Below are positions 47,785 through 58,360 of a stretch of DNA of 64,000 bases, in pieces. The position numbers and the translations under genes are program-made. The DNA comes from Pseudomonadota bacterium (GTDB taxonomy: Bacteria; Myxococcota; JACRCW01; JAFGSX01). Positions within the stretch are counted from its first letter, which is position 1, and each line of letters begins with the position of its first letter. The DNA lies in assembly GCA_043821645.1 (NCBI GenBank), contig JBDRCO010000134.1:1-64000 (forward strand), given 5' to 3'. A model generated the notes under the pieces. The model was not told the DNA's origin. It made no database searches and saw nothing but the letters and a program-made list of their open reading frames with translations.

Positions 47785-48576
47785 GTGAGGGACGAACTCC
47801 ATCTGCACTACGATTCCGCCGCCCAGGTCGCCGTGCGCTTGCCCGCGGCGGGCCTGGGGAACCGTGCCCTGGCCTACCTGGTCGACCTGGGCATCGTGGG
47901 CACGGTCTGGCTGGCGCTGGCCCTGGTGGTCACGGCCTTGAGCGACGGCTGGCTGGATCAGCTGCTGGGCCTCGGCGGCATGGGCCAGGCCGCGCTGGTT
48001 GTGGCCGCCCTGGCGCTCACCACGGGCTACGACATCGTCTTCGAGCTGCTGTGGGACGGTCAGACGCCAGGCAAGCGGCTGCTCGGGCTGCGCGTGCTCC
48101 GGCTTGACGGCGGGCGCGTGGGTCTTGCCGAGTCCGCTGCGCGCAACGTGCTGAGGCTGGTGGACCTGCTGCCCGCGGGCTACGGGGTGGGCATTCTCTG
48201 CATGGCCCTGAACCGTCAGCAGCGACGTCTCGGTGACCTGGTATCTGGCTGCACGGTCACCCGTGAACATGCCATTGACCTGGACGCCCTGAGCGGACCC
48301 TCGGCGGGCATGCAGGTACAGGTCGAAGCCGCCATGCTGCAGCGTGCGCGCCTGGTTCGCGTCGAGGTGGACGCGTTCACCCTGCTCGCAGATTTCCTGG
48401 CGCGGCGCGAGCTTCTGATCCCCGAGGCGCGGTTGCGCGTGTCTCGTGCGCTCGCCGCCAGCTTCCGTGTCGAGGTGCTGGGTGACGACGATGCACCAGG
48501 TGAACTTCCGGGGGCGCGGGCCGAACAGGTCGTGGCGGCGGTGCTGCAGGCGAGTCCAGGCAGGGATCCGTCGTGA
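47785..48576 (+). CDS. RDD family protein
   Basis: AGLGNRALAYLVD, GQTPGKR, RRLGDLVSG; start uncertain. Confidence 0.88.
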   Translation: MRDELHLHYDSAAQVAVRLPAAGLGNRALAYLVDLGIVGTVWLALALVVTALSDGWLDQLLGLGGMGQAALVVAALALTTGYDIVFELLWDGQTPGKRLLGLRVLRLDGGRVGLAESAARNVLRLVDLLPAGYGVGILCMALNRQQRRLGDLVSGCTVTREHAIDLDALSGPSAGMQVQVEAAMLQRARLVRVEVDAFTLLADFLARRELLIPEARLRVSRALAASFRVEVLGDDDAPGELPGARAEQVVAAVLQASPGRDPS

Positions 48577-49580
48577 GCGAGCCCTTGCATCGCTATGTCA
48601 CGCGTCGGCGCAGCGAGTGGGATCAGCTCGAGCGGGTGCTCGACGGTGTGTCACGACGTCGAGGGCAGGTCGCCATCGCCGAGCTCCACCTGGCCCTGGC
48701 GCTGTCCCGGGCGGTCGCTGCCGACCTCGCGGTCTGCCAGCAGCGCTATCCCGGCAGCAGCGTCGAGAACCACGTGGCAGGCCTGGTGGCCGCAGCAGAT
48801 CGCATGTTGCAGGGGAGCACGCCGCACCGGCCCTGGAAGAACATCCTTGGCTTCGTGCGCAGCGTATGGCCTGCCCTGGTGTGGAAACACCGAGGCGTCG
48901 TCGGCCTGTCGGCCGCGGTGATCGTCAGCGGTGTGGTCCTCGGACTGCTGGTGACCTGGACCGACGTCAGCATGGGCGAAGCCCTGGCTGGTCCTGGCAT
49001 CGCCGCCAGCATCGAGCGCGGTGATGTGTGGACCGACCCCGTCGAGGAACAGGGTCAGCACGCCGCCATGTCCGCCTTCATCTTCACCAACAACATCCGG
49101 GTCAGCCTGGCCGCTTTTGCCCTGGGGCTCGCCTTCGGGTTGGGCGCGCTGCTGCTGCTGCTGTTCAACGGCCTGCACCTGGGTGCCGTGGTGGCCCTCA
49201 CCGGCCAGGATCCCGCAGTGCAGCGTGGTCTGCTCGACTTCATCGCGGCCCACGGTCCCGTCGAACTCAGTCTCATCGCCATTGCCGGCGGGGCCGGAAT
49301 GTGGCTCGGCAGCGCGCTCATCGACCCGGGACAGCGCCCTCGCAGTGAGGTTCTGCGTGAGCGAGGCCGCGAGGCGGTGCTGCTGGTGGTAGGTTGCGCA
49401 CCCTGGTTCGTGGCCATCGGTCTGGTCGAGGGCTTCGTGTCTCCGGGCCACCTGGTGCCTACTCCGCTCAAGGTGGCACTGGGACTGGGCGCGCTGGTGG
49501 CGCTGGGCTGGTGGATACGGTCCACAGGTCTTGCGGCGGCGGTGGACGACCCGGCTCGGGGTGCCCGCAACGAGTTGTGA
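48573..49580 (+). CDS. Stage II sporulation protein M (DUF95) family membrane protein
   Basis: IFTNNIRV, FNG..LG, HGPVEL, GLVEGFVS; adjacent to RDD. Confidence 0.88.
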   Translation: MSEPLHRYVTRRRSEWDQLERVLDGVSRRRGQVAIAELHLALALSRAVAADLAVCQQRYPGSSVENHVAGLVAAADRMLQGSTPHRPWKNILGFVRSVWPALVWKHRGVVGLSAAVIVSGVVLGLLVTWTDVSMGEALAGPGIAASIERGDVWTDPVEEQGQHAAMSAFIFTNNIRVSLAAFALGLAFGLGALLLLLFNGLHLGAVVALTGQDPAVQRGLLDFIAAHGPVELSLIAIAGGAGMWLGSALIDPGQRPRSEVLRERGREAVLLVVGCAPWFVAIGLVEGFVSPGHLVPTPLKVALGLGALVALGWWIRSTGLAAAVDDPARGARNEL

Positions 49581-49692
49581 TCCCACCTTCGATTCAGTAT
49601 TAATGGGCGTCTAGCGAGGCTTCAGGCGCTGCGATGCCGGTCCGAGTTCGGCGTGCCTGGGTTCTGCGCGTCGACCATCCAAGGAGAGAAGC

Positions 49693-52600
49693 ATGTCATT
49701 CGGGAGCAGTGTGGTGCGTGCGTGGGTTCGCAAGGTCCACCTGATGATGCCGCTATGGGCCGTGCTGGGCATGGCACTCGCCTCACAGGCGCGGGCACAG
49801 GTCACGCTGATCCAGAATATCTCGCCCCAACCCAACGAGCTCGCCGTGAGCCCGAGCGCCGAGGTGCAGGTCACCTACAACAACAACATCGACTTCGGTA
49901 CCGTGAACGCCGCGACGGTATCGCTGTACGGACGTTATTCTGGAAGGCTGGCGGCGTCCTATGGCGGAACCGGACCCACGATCATCGTCACGCCCAACCT
50001 CAGCTTCTTCCCAGGCTCTCGCATCTCGGTCACCATCACGGATGGTATCAAGAACATCGGGGGCGATCCTGGGCGACCCTTCGCCTGGTCCTTCACCACC
50101 GACGTGCTCGGTGGCAATTCGCTCTACGACTCGGGGCAGACCCTGAGCAACCAGCTGAGCTACGCCGTGGCGCTCGGCGATCTCGATGCAGACGGCGACC
50201 TCGACGCCTTCGTGGCGCACAGCGGCACGGATCATGCGGTCTACCTCAACAACGGTTCCGGCGTGCTGACCGACAGCGGCTGGGTCCTGGCCAACACGGG
50301 CCTGGCGACGGGAGTCGCCCTGGGTGACATGGACGGCGACGGTCTGGTCGACGCCGTGGTCAGCGTGTCTGGCGCAGCCAATCAACTCTGGTTCGGCAGT
50401 GGATCAGGCTTCTCACTCTCCAGCTTCGGCTCCACTGAAAAGAGCACCGACGTGGCCCTGGCCGATCTGGACAACGACGGCGACCTGGACGCGTTCGTGA
50501 CCAACGACGAGCCCCTCCTCTATGGCGACAGGGTGTGGGTGAACGACGGAGCTGGAGTTCTCTCGCAGCAGACCTATGACCCGGCTCCTCTGGGTGGGCC
50601 GACCTACGCCATAGAACTCGGGAGCGGCAACGCGAATTACTGTTCGGACCCGCCAGGCGCGCTGCGTTCCGTGACGACTCCCTATAACCGCAGTGACGCC
50701 GTGGCGCTGGGGGACATCAACGGCGATGGCTGGATCGATGCAGTGGTGGCCGACCTCGGCCGCACGGCCACGGTCTGGCTCAACTATAGCGGCAAGATGT
50801 TCGGCGACTGCCCCTCGCCCCAGAATCCTTTTACGGCAAGCTTCCCGTCTTCACAGGGACAGGGCGTGGCGCTCGGCGACATCGACGGCGACGGCGACCT
50901 GGACCTCTTCATCGCCCGGGGCGGGCTGACCTCGCGTGCCAACATGCTGTGGCTCAACAACGGCAGCGGCACGTTCACCAACACGCTGCAGAACCTGGGC
51001 AGCAAGGACAGCTACGACGTCGAGCTGGCCGACATCGACGCCGACGGCGACCTGGATGCCGTGGTGGCCAACTCGGATTTCACCGCGACCAACAGCTCCA
51101 ACGATGTGTGGATCAACAATGGCTCCGGCAACTTTGGGTTGACGCCCCTGCAGACCATGATAGGCGCAGGCAAGAATTACGAGCAGACCTATGGGCTGGA
51201 TCTGGGTGACCTCGACAACGATGGCGATCTGGATGCTGTCTTCGCCAACATCGGAGTGTTCCCCTTCAACACCGACGGAGTCTGGCTCAACAACACCTCA
51301 CCTGTGGTGTCCGTGAACACCGGCGCCTCAGTTGATGAAGGTAGCACTGTCACCATTAGCACGGCTCGCCTGGCCTTTACCGACGTCGACGACGTCGACA
51401 CGGCCCTGACCTACACAATGACCGTCATCCCGGTCAACGGCACCCTCGAGCGCAGTGCTGTGAATCTCGGCGTGGGGTCGCAGTTCACCCAGGCCGACAT
51501 CAACAGCAATGTCGTGGTCTACCGCCACAACGGCAGCGAGACCACGGGCGACCTGTTCAAGTTCAGGGTGGCGGATCCCCGGGGAGCGCAGACCACCGAG
51601 AACACCTTCAATGTCACGGTCATCGCGGTCAACGACGTGCCTCAGGTGGGTGTCAACCAGGGCTTGACCGTGGCCGAGGGTGGCACGGCGACCATCACCA
51701 ACACGATGTTGCGCGCCACCGACGCGGATCACCCCGATCCGGCCGTGCTCACCTTCACCGTCACGGGTCCGCCTCCGCTGGGCGCCGTGCTGCGCCAGGG
51801 AAGTCCGACCACCACCTTCACCCAGGATGACATCAACAACAACCGGGTGAGCTATCGCCACGACGGTGGCGAGGCAGCATCGGATGCCTTCACCTTCACG
51901 GTGCGGGACAACGGGACGCCACCCGGGGTCACCGCGCCGCAGGTGTTCAACGTCACCGTGACGCCGGTCAACGATCCCCCGACCGTCGCCGTGAACAACG
52001 GCGCGACCGTCCTGGAAAACGCGACCGTGATCATCACCAGCGCCATGCTGCAGGCCGCCGATCCCGACAACACCGCCAACGAGCTGTCCTTCGTGGTGCA
52101 GCAGGTCCCGGTCAACGGCGATCTCTTCAATGGCTCGGACAAGCTCTCCCAGAGCGGCACCTTCACCCAGGCGGACGTCAACACCAACAAGATCACCTAC
52201 GTCCACAGCGGGAGCGAGACCCTCACGGACAGCTTCCGATTCACCATCCGCGACTTTGGCGGCCAGACAGCACCGGCCGAGACCTTTGCCATCGTGGTCA
52301 CGCCCGTGAACGACGCACCCGTGGTCACGGTCAATTCCGGACTCAGCGTGGCCGAAGGGGGGACGGCGACCATAGGTCAGTCGCGGTTGCTGACCACCGA
52401 CGTGGACATCCCCGCCCAGACCCTGACCTACACCATCACCCAGCTGCCGACCAACGGCACCCTGCGCATCGGTTCCACGGCGATCCTGCTCAACGGCACC
52501 TTCACCCAGGCCGAGATCAACGCCAACAGCTTCAACTACCAGCACAATGGCAGCGCCACGAGTTCGGACAGCTTCCGCTTCCGCGTTGCGGATAACGGAA

Positions 52601-55600
52601 CGCCGACCATGCAGACCGCCGAGACGATCTTCGGCATCAGCGTTGGCGCGGTGAACGATCCCCCGCAGATCACTTTGAACACAGGAGCCAGCTTGGCCGA
52701 AGGTGCCGCCGTGTTCCTGACCGGTGCCATGCTCGACTCCACAGACCAGGAAGATGACCTGGCCGGGATTCCGCTGACCTACACCCTGCTCACGCTCCCG
52801 ACCCGGGGCACCCTGCGTGATGGGCAGCAGAACCTCATCGTCGGCTCGACTTTCGTGCAGACCAAGCTCGACAGCGGCAACGTCATTTCCTACGAGCACA
52901 ACGGCAGCGAGACCGTCAGCGACAGCTTCCAGGTCGTGGTCAAGGACAGCCAGGGGCTGTCGTCGGGCTCGGCGACCTTCGTCATCACCATTACCGCCGT
53001 CAACGATGTGCCCCGGGTGGTGGCCAACCTGGGTCTGACCCTGGGTGAAGGAGCGACGTCCACCATCACGTCCACAGCTCTGCGAGCGACGGACGACGAC
53101 AATAACGACGCGGATCTGATCTACACCGTGTCACAGATCCCCGCGTACGGCGCGCTGCAGCGCGACACGACGACGCTGGCGATCAACGGCACCTTCACCC
53201 AGGGTGATGTCGACACCGGAAAGGTCACCTACGTGCACAACGGCACGGAGAACTTCGCCGACGCCTTCCACTTCACGGTGCGCGATACTGCAACGCCCAC
53301 CTACGGGGAGACCGCCAGCCAGACCTTTGCCATCACCATCACGGCCATCAACGACGCTCCTGTGATGGTGGCGAATAACGGGCTGGTGCTCGACGAGGGG
53401 AGCCAGGCCATCATCACGGACGCGGACCTGGCCGCGAGCGACGTGGATAATCTACCCTCCACACTCGTGTATGTCGTTTTACAGGCCCCACTCAACGGCA
53501 CGCTGCGCAATGGCAACACGGCTTTGACCACCAACAGCACCTTCACCCAGGGCCACATCAATGCAGGCAACATCAACTACCTGCACAGTGGCAGCGAGAC
53601 CTTGATCGACACCTTCCTGTTCGTGGTGCGCGATGCGGGCGGAGCCTCGGCTCCCAGTGGGACCTTCAACATCACGATCATGGCCGTGGACGATCCTCCC
53701 GTGATCGTGCGCAGCCTCGGCCTCACCCTGGCCGAGGGCGCGCTCGCAGCCGTACTCAACACAAGCCTGCAAACCACGGATGCGGACAACACACCCACGG
53801 AGCTGAGCTACCGACTCACGGCAGTTCCCCTCAACGGCAGCCTGACAAGCAACGCGGCGCCTCTGGTGATCAATGACAGCTTCACCCAGCAGGAGGTGGA
53901 TGACGGCGTGGTCGCCTACCAGCACGACGGTGGTGAGACCCTGTCGGACAGTTTCCGCTACCGCGTGACCGACGGCTTCAACACCAGCACCGAGCGCAGC
54001 TACGCCTTCACCGTGACCGCGGTCAACGACACGCCTGACATCGGTATCAACTCGGGGCTCACTGTGTCCCAGGGCGGCACGGCACCCATCACCAACACCC
54101 TGCTGGCCGCGACAGACCAGGACAATATCGACTCGAGTTTACAGTATCGCCTGATCACGGCGCCGGTGAATGGCACGCTGCGGGTTGGTAGCACGGCGCT
54201 GGCGGTCAACGGCACCTTCCTGCAGAGCGATATCGATGCGGGCAATCTGACCTACGAGAACACCAACATCGTCGCGACCACCGACACCTTCCGCATCTCG
54301 GTGACGGATGGCACGGCCACCTCACCGGCCGTCAACTTCAATATCGTACTTTCGGACACGAACTTCCCGCCCTCGGTGGTCAACAACAACCCGGCGACCG
54401 TGCTCGAGGGAGGCACCCTGGTTGTGGGACCGAGCCTGCTGAGCCACACCGACGTGGACAACGACGACGCAACCCTGGTGTACACGGTCACCGTGGCGCC
54501 CGTGAACGGTATCCTGTACCGCAACGTGACACCGCTCGGCATGAACGATGTGTTCACGCAGGATCAGGTCAACCGCGGGCGCGTGACCTACGTGCACAGC
54601 GGCAGCGAGACCACCGCGGACTCCTTCACCTTCACGGTCGAGGACAACTCGGGTGTGCCCATCGCACCGGCCGACTTCATCATCAGCGTCACACCGGTCA
54701 ACGACCTGCCGGTGCAGGTCAACAACAACCTGCTGACCCTCGACGAGGGAGCCACGGCCACCATCACCACGGCGCTTCTCTCCTACAGTGACGTCGAGCA
54801 GGCCGCGTCCAGTCTGACCTACCGGCTGCTCCTGGCGCCTTCCAACGGGACCCTGTTGCTCGGCTCGACACCCATCCTGACCAACGGGACCTTCACCCAG
54901 GCCCAGATCAACCAGAACGCGCTGCGCTACATGCACTCAGGCAGCGAGACCTCGGACGACAGCTTCAGCTTCGTGGTCACGGACGGTTTCGATACCACCA
55001 GCGACGAGCTGTTCCTGATCGTGGTCAACCCGGTCAACGACGCGCCCGTGATCACACGACACACCGTCACCTTCGTGACCGAGGGGCTCACGGAGATCGT
55101 AGACAACTCGACCCTGCGGGCCACCGATGCCGACGACGACGATGCCCTGCTGCGCTTCACGCTGACGGTGCCGCCCAGTCACGGCCAGTTGCTCCTGACC
55201 GGGGCACCGCTGGCTGTCAACGACACCTTCACGCAGGGCGACGTCAATGCCCTCAGCCTCGTCATCACCAATGATGGTGGGGAAGCCTCGTCCGACAGCT
55301 TCTCGGTGGTGGTGCGCGATCCGAGCAATGCGGTGTACCCGAGCTCGGGCAGCCAGGTGATGTCCGTCACCATCCGCGCCGTCAACGATCCACCCGTCGT
55401 GGTCGCCAACACCGGAGCCACCGTCGTCGCCGGGCAGAACGTCACCATCACGAGCAGCATGCTACGCGCCACGGATGCCGACGACAGCAATGCCAGCCTG
55501 ATCTACACCATCACCCAGGTGCCTCAGCACGGCAGACTGCGCAACAACATCACCAATGTGCAGGCGGGGTCGCGCGTGCTGCAAAGCGAGATCGATGCCA

Positions 55601-57111
55601 ACAGGCTCGTGTACATCCACGGCGGTGACGAGGCGATTGCGGACAGCTTCGGGTTCAGGGTCAAGGACCCCAACAACAGCGAACTCGCCGAGATGTTCTT
55701 CGACATCACCATCAATGCAGTCAACGATCCTCCGCGGGTGGTGCAGAACACAGGGCGCACCATCGAGGAGGGAGCGCCCTTCACCCTCAACGCCACCCTG
55801 CTGAGCGCGACGGATCCCGACAACGACGACACGGCGCTCGTGTTCACGCTGCAGGTCCCGCCGACCCACGGCAGCCTGCTGCTCGTCAGCACCGCGGTGG
55901 CCACCAACGGAACCTTCACCCAGGGCGACATCGACGCTGGCCGGATGAGCTACCAGCACGATGGCAGTGAATCGAGTTCCGACAGCTTCACCTTCGTGGT
56001 CTCGGACCCGCTGGGGGCCAGCTCGGCCTCGACGGTCTTCGCCATCGTGGTCAACCCGGTCAATGACATGCCCACCATCATCAACAACGGTCTGACCGTG
56101 AACGAGGGCGCGCGCATGGTGATACCCACCACCGCGCTCAGTGCCCAGGATGTGGACAGCGACGTGCCTTCTCTTGTCTACACCCTGGTGTCCGCGCCTA
56201 TCCATGGCACGCTGTTCGCCGGACTTGCGCCGGTGACACCGGGCAACACCTTCTCGCAGAACACCATTTCGACCAGCAACCTTGCCTACCTGAATGACGG
56301 AGCGGAGTTCGCCTCGGACAGCTTCGTGTTTCGGGTGCGCGACAGCGGCAATGCCGAGACGGTCAACACGACCTTCACCATCACCATCTTCCCGGTCAAC
56401 GACGCGCCGGTAGTGGGGACCATCCCGGACCAGACCGTCATGACCGGGGCCAGCTTCACGTCTTTTGATCTCGACGACTTCGTGACCGACGTGGATAACA
56501 CCGCATCGGAGCTGACCTGGTCGGTGAGCGGAAACAGCAACCTCAACGTCACCATCAGCGCGACCAATGTGGTCAACCTGGTCGAGGCCAGCACGGGATG
56601 GGTGGGGGCCGAGGTCCTGACCTTCACCGTCGACGATGGCACCGATACGGCCTCCGCCGCCGCGACCTTCACGATCACGGCGACGCCCAACCAGGCGCCC
56701 AATTTCGTGGATCCCACACCGGCCGGTGTACTCACCGTCGAGGTGGGTCAGGAGTTGGCGTTCACGGTGCTGGCCGAGGACCCGGACGGTGACACGCTGA
56801 CCTACGGTGCCCAGGTGCTGCCCATCGGCGCGACCTTCAGCACCACGAGCGGTGCCTTCCAGTGGTTCCCCCTGACCCAGCACATCGGATCCTGGCCGGT
56901 GACCCTGACCGCGCAGGATCTCGACCACACCGCGTCCCGGGCCATCGTGATCGACGTCGTCGCGGCGCCGGTGGCCGATGCCGGCGTGGTCGACGCCGGG
57001 CCACCCGTCGAGGAAGGTTGCGGCTGCAGCGCCCCGGCCCGCGGTGGGCGAGGCGTGCTTGCTGTCCTGGTGGTCCTGGGTCTTGTGCTGCGCCGTCGCC
57101 GACAGAGCTGA
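49693..57111 (+). CDS. Giant surface adhesin: Ig-like + 7 FG-GAP/VCBS repeats + 15 cadherin-like (CSPG) repeats + Ig + MYXO-CTERM
   Basis: Signal peptide; 7 x (G/A)DxDxDGxxD; 15 x FTQxD...YxHxGSE..D.F-like units; GCGCS..hydrophobic..RRRR tail. Confidence 0.92.
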   Translation: MSFGSSVVRAWVRKVHLMMPLWAVLGMALASQARAQVTLIQNISPQPNELAVSPSAEVQVTYNNNIDFGTVNAATVSLYGRYSGRLAASYGGTGPTIIVTPNLSFFPGSRISVTITDGIKNIGGDPGRPFAWSFTTDVLGGNSLYDSGQTLSNQLSYAVALGDLDADGDLDAFVAHSGTDHAVYLNNGSGVLTDSGWVLANTGLATGVALGDMDGDGLVDAVVSVSGAANQLWFGSGSGFSLSSFGSTEKSTDVALADLDNDGDLDAFVTNDEPLLYGDRVWVNDGAGVLSQQTYDPAPLGGPTYAIELGSGNANYCSDPPGALRSVTTPYNRSDAVALGDINGDGWIDAVVADLGRTATVWLNYSGKMFGDCPSPQNPFTASFPSSQGQGVALGDIDGDGDLDLFIARGGLTSRANMLWLNNGSGTFTNTLQNLGSKDSYDVELADIDADGDLDAVVANSDFTATNSSNDVWINNGSGNFGLTPLQTMIGAGKNYEQTYGLDLGDLDNDGDLDAVFANIGVFPFNTDGVWLNNTSPVVSVNTGASVDEGSTVTISTARLAFTDVDDVDTALTYTMTVIPVNGTLERSAVNLGVGSQFTQADINSNVVVYRHNGSETTGDLFKFRVADPRGAQTTENTFNVTVIAVNDVPQVGVNQGLTVAEGGTATITNTMLRATDADHPDPAVLTFTVTGPPPLGAVLRQGSPTTTFTQDDINNNRVSYRHDGGEAASDAFTFTVRDNGTPPGVTAPQVFNVTVTPVNDPPTVAVNNGATVLENATVIITSAMLQAADPDNTANELSFVVQQVPVNGDLFNGSDKLSQSGTFTQADVNTNKITYVHSGSETLTDSFRFTIRDFGGQTAPAETFAIVVTPVNDAPVVTVNSGLSVAEGGTATIGQSRLLTTDVDIPAQTLTYTITQLPTNGTLRIGSTAILLNGTFTQAEINANSFNYQHNGSATSSDSFRFRVADNGTPTMQTAETIFGISVGAVNDPPQITLNTGASLAEGAAVFLTGAMLDSTDQEDDLAGIPLTYTLLTLPTRGTLRDGQQNLIVGSTFVQTKLDSGNVISYEHNGSETVSDSFQVVVKDSQGLSSGSATFVITITAVNDVPRVVANLGLTLGEGATSTITSTALRATDDDNNDADLIYTVSQIPAYGALQRDTTTLAINGTFTQGDVDTGKVTYVHNGTENFADAFHFTVRDTATPTYGETASQTFAITITAINDAPVMVANNGLVLDEGSQAIITDADLAASDVDNLPSTLVYVVLQAPLNGTLRNGNTALTTNSTFTQGHINAGNINYLHSGSETLIDTFLFVVRDAGGASAPSGTFNITIMAVDDPPVIVRSLGLTLAEGALAAVLNTSLQTTDADNTPTELSYRLTAVPLNGSLTSNAAPLVINDSFTQQEVDDGVVAYQHDGGETLSDSFRYRVTDGFNTSTERSYAFTVTAVNDTPDIGINSGLTVSQGGTAPITNTLLAATDQDNIDSSLQYRLITAPVNGTLRVGSTALAVNGTFLQSDIDAGNLTYENTNIVATTDTFRISVTDGTATSPAVNFNIVLSDTNFPPSVVNNNPATVLEGGTLVVGPSLLSHTDVDNDDATLVYTVTVAPVNGILYRNVTPLGMNDVFTQDQVNRGRVTYVHSGSETTADSFTFTVEDNSGVPIAPADFIISVTPVNDLPVQVNNNLLTLDEGATATITTALLSYSDVEQAASSLTYRLLLAPSNGTLLLGSTPILTNGTFTQAQINQNALRYMHSGSETSDDSFSFVVTDGFDTTSDELFLIVVNPVNDAPVITRHTVTFVTEGLTEIVDNSTLRATDADDDDALLRFTLTVPPSHGQLLLTGAPLAVNDTFTQGDVNALSLVITNDGGEASSDSFSVVVRDPSNAVYPSSGSQVMSVTIRAVNDPPVVVANTGATVVAGQNVTITSSMLRATDADDSNASLIYTITQVPQHGRLRNNITNVQAGSRVLQSEIDANRLVYIHGGDEAIADSFGFRVKDPNNSELAEMFFDITINAVNDPPRVVQNTGRTIEEGAPFTLNATLLSATDPDNDDTALVFTLQVPPTHGSLLLVSTAVATNGTFTQGDIDAGRMSYQHDGSESSSDSFTFVVSDPLGASSASTVFAIVVNPVNDMPTIINNGLTVNEGARMVIPTTALSAQDVDSDVPSLVYTLVSAPIHGTLFAGLAPVTPGNTFSQNTISTSNLAYLNDGAEFASDSFVFRVRDSGNAETVNTTFTITIFPVNDAPVVGTIPDQTVMTGASFTSFDLDDFVTDVDNTASELTWSVSGNSNLNVTISATNVVNLVEASTGWVGAEVLTFTVDDGTDTASAAATFTITATPNQAPNFVDPTPAGVLTVEVGQELAFTVLAEDPDGDTLTYGAQVLPIGATFSTTSGAFQWFPLTQHIGSWPVTLTAQDLDHTASRAIVIDVVAAPVADAGVVDAGPPVEEGCGCSAPARGGRGVLAVLVVLGLVLRRRRQS

Positions 57112-57130
57112 AGACCCGGCTTGCCCGGAG

Positions 57131-57166
57131 GAGGCGCGGGATCGCGGGATGCGGTCCCGTGTCCTC
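57131..57166. terminator. Hairpin between convergent genes
   Basis: GAGG-CGCGGGATCGC...GCGGTCCCGTG-T-CCTC imperfect stem. Confidence 0.45.
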
Positions 57167-57214
57167 GTTCAGTCCAGCTTGATCAGGTCCAATGTGTCTT
57201 GAGCGACAACCTGC

Positions 57215-58360
57215 TCACGCAGCGTCGAGGGCTGCCAGCAAGCGCTCGATGTCCGCCTCGTTGTTGAACGCGTGTGGGCTGACGCGGATCGCCTGCCCCG
57301 CCCGGCGGGCGACAGCCACGCGGTGCTGGCGCAGGCTCAGCATCGCGGCTTCGACGCTCCCTGACGGTGCGAAGGTGACGATGGGACTGCGGTCGGCGCG
57401 CTGCGTGTCACTGAGCACCCTGCCGCCTCGTTTTTGCACGGCCAGGGCGATGCGGTCGCTGAGATGCAGGGCTGAGACGTGCAAGTTGGCGATGCCGAGT
57501 TCGAGCAAGAGCTCCACCGAGGCGGCTCCGGCCAGCGCTCCGAACAGCGGAGGCGAGCCAGGCTCGAAGCGGCGAGCATTGGGACGCGGCAGGCGGTCGA
57601 GATCGACGGCATCCTCGGGCTCGCCATAGGTGAAGGTGCCCTGGACCACTGGAGTGAGTTGCTCCGCACGGCCCGGTGCCAGGGCCAGCAGGCCGTGCCC
57701 CACGGGTCCGCACAGCCACTTGTGGGTTCCACCGCAGACCGCATCCACCCCCAGCGCGGCCAGGTCGAAGGGGATCACTCCCAGACCCTGTATGGCGTCG
57801 ACGACCAGCCAGGCGCCGTGACGGCGACAGGCCTCGGCCACCCGGTTGAGCTCGGTCATGGCCCCGGTTTGCCACTGCACCCAAGACACGGCCACCACCC
57901 GGGTACGCGGCCCCATGGCAGCAATCAACTGGCCCGTGTCGACGGTAAAGTCCGGTCCGGACGCCACCGTGACCACCCGCGCACCCGCGCGTCGGGCCGC
58001 CGCGTGCCAGGGGTAGGCGTTGGACGGGTACTCCTGGTCCCAGGTGACGATCTCGTCGTCCGCGCGCAGATCGAGACCCATGGCCACGTAGGAGATGGCT
58101 GCCGCGCAGGTGGGCACCATGGCGACGTCGTCAGGAGCGGCGCCGACCAGGCGCGCGAAGCTGGCCCGCGCGTGGGCATAGTCCTGCCGCCAGTGCTCGA
58201 TGGCGAAGCTGCCATGTCTGGCCAGTGCCGTGCACAGCCGCTCCCCGGTTCCCCGGGCTACCCGCAGCATGGGGGCGACCCCGGCGTTGTTGAGGTGCAC
58301 TTCGGTCGGGTCGAGGTCGAGGCCCGCGCGCAGCCGGGCGCTCACGTCAGCGAGGGACAT
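57215..58360 (-). CDS. Class V PLP-dependent aminotransferase/desulfurase-like enzyme
   Basis: HLNNAG, EYPSN, VDAIQGLG, GGTHKWLCGP, RFEPG, RVSPHAFN. Confidence 0.92.
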   Translation of the reverse strand: MSLADVSARLRAGLDLDPTEVHLNNAGVAPMLRVARGTGERLCTALARHGSFAIEHWRQDYAHARASFARLVGAAPDDVAMVPTCAAAISYVAMGLDLRADDEIVTWDQEYPSNAYPWHAAARRAGARVVTVASGPDFTVDTGQLIAAMGPRTRVVAVSWVQWQTGAMTELNRVAEACRRHGAWLVVDAIQGLGVIPFDLAALGVDAVCGGTHKWLCGPVGHGLLALAPGRAEQLTPVVQGTFTYGEPEDAVDLDRLPRPNARRFEPGSPPLFGALAGAASVELLLELGIANLHVSALHLSDRIALAVQKRGGRVLSDTQRADRSPIVTFAPSGSVEAAMLSLRQHRVAVARRAGQAIRVSPHAFNNEADIERLLAALDAA

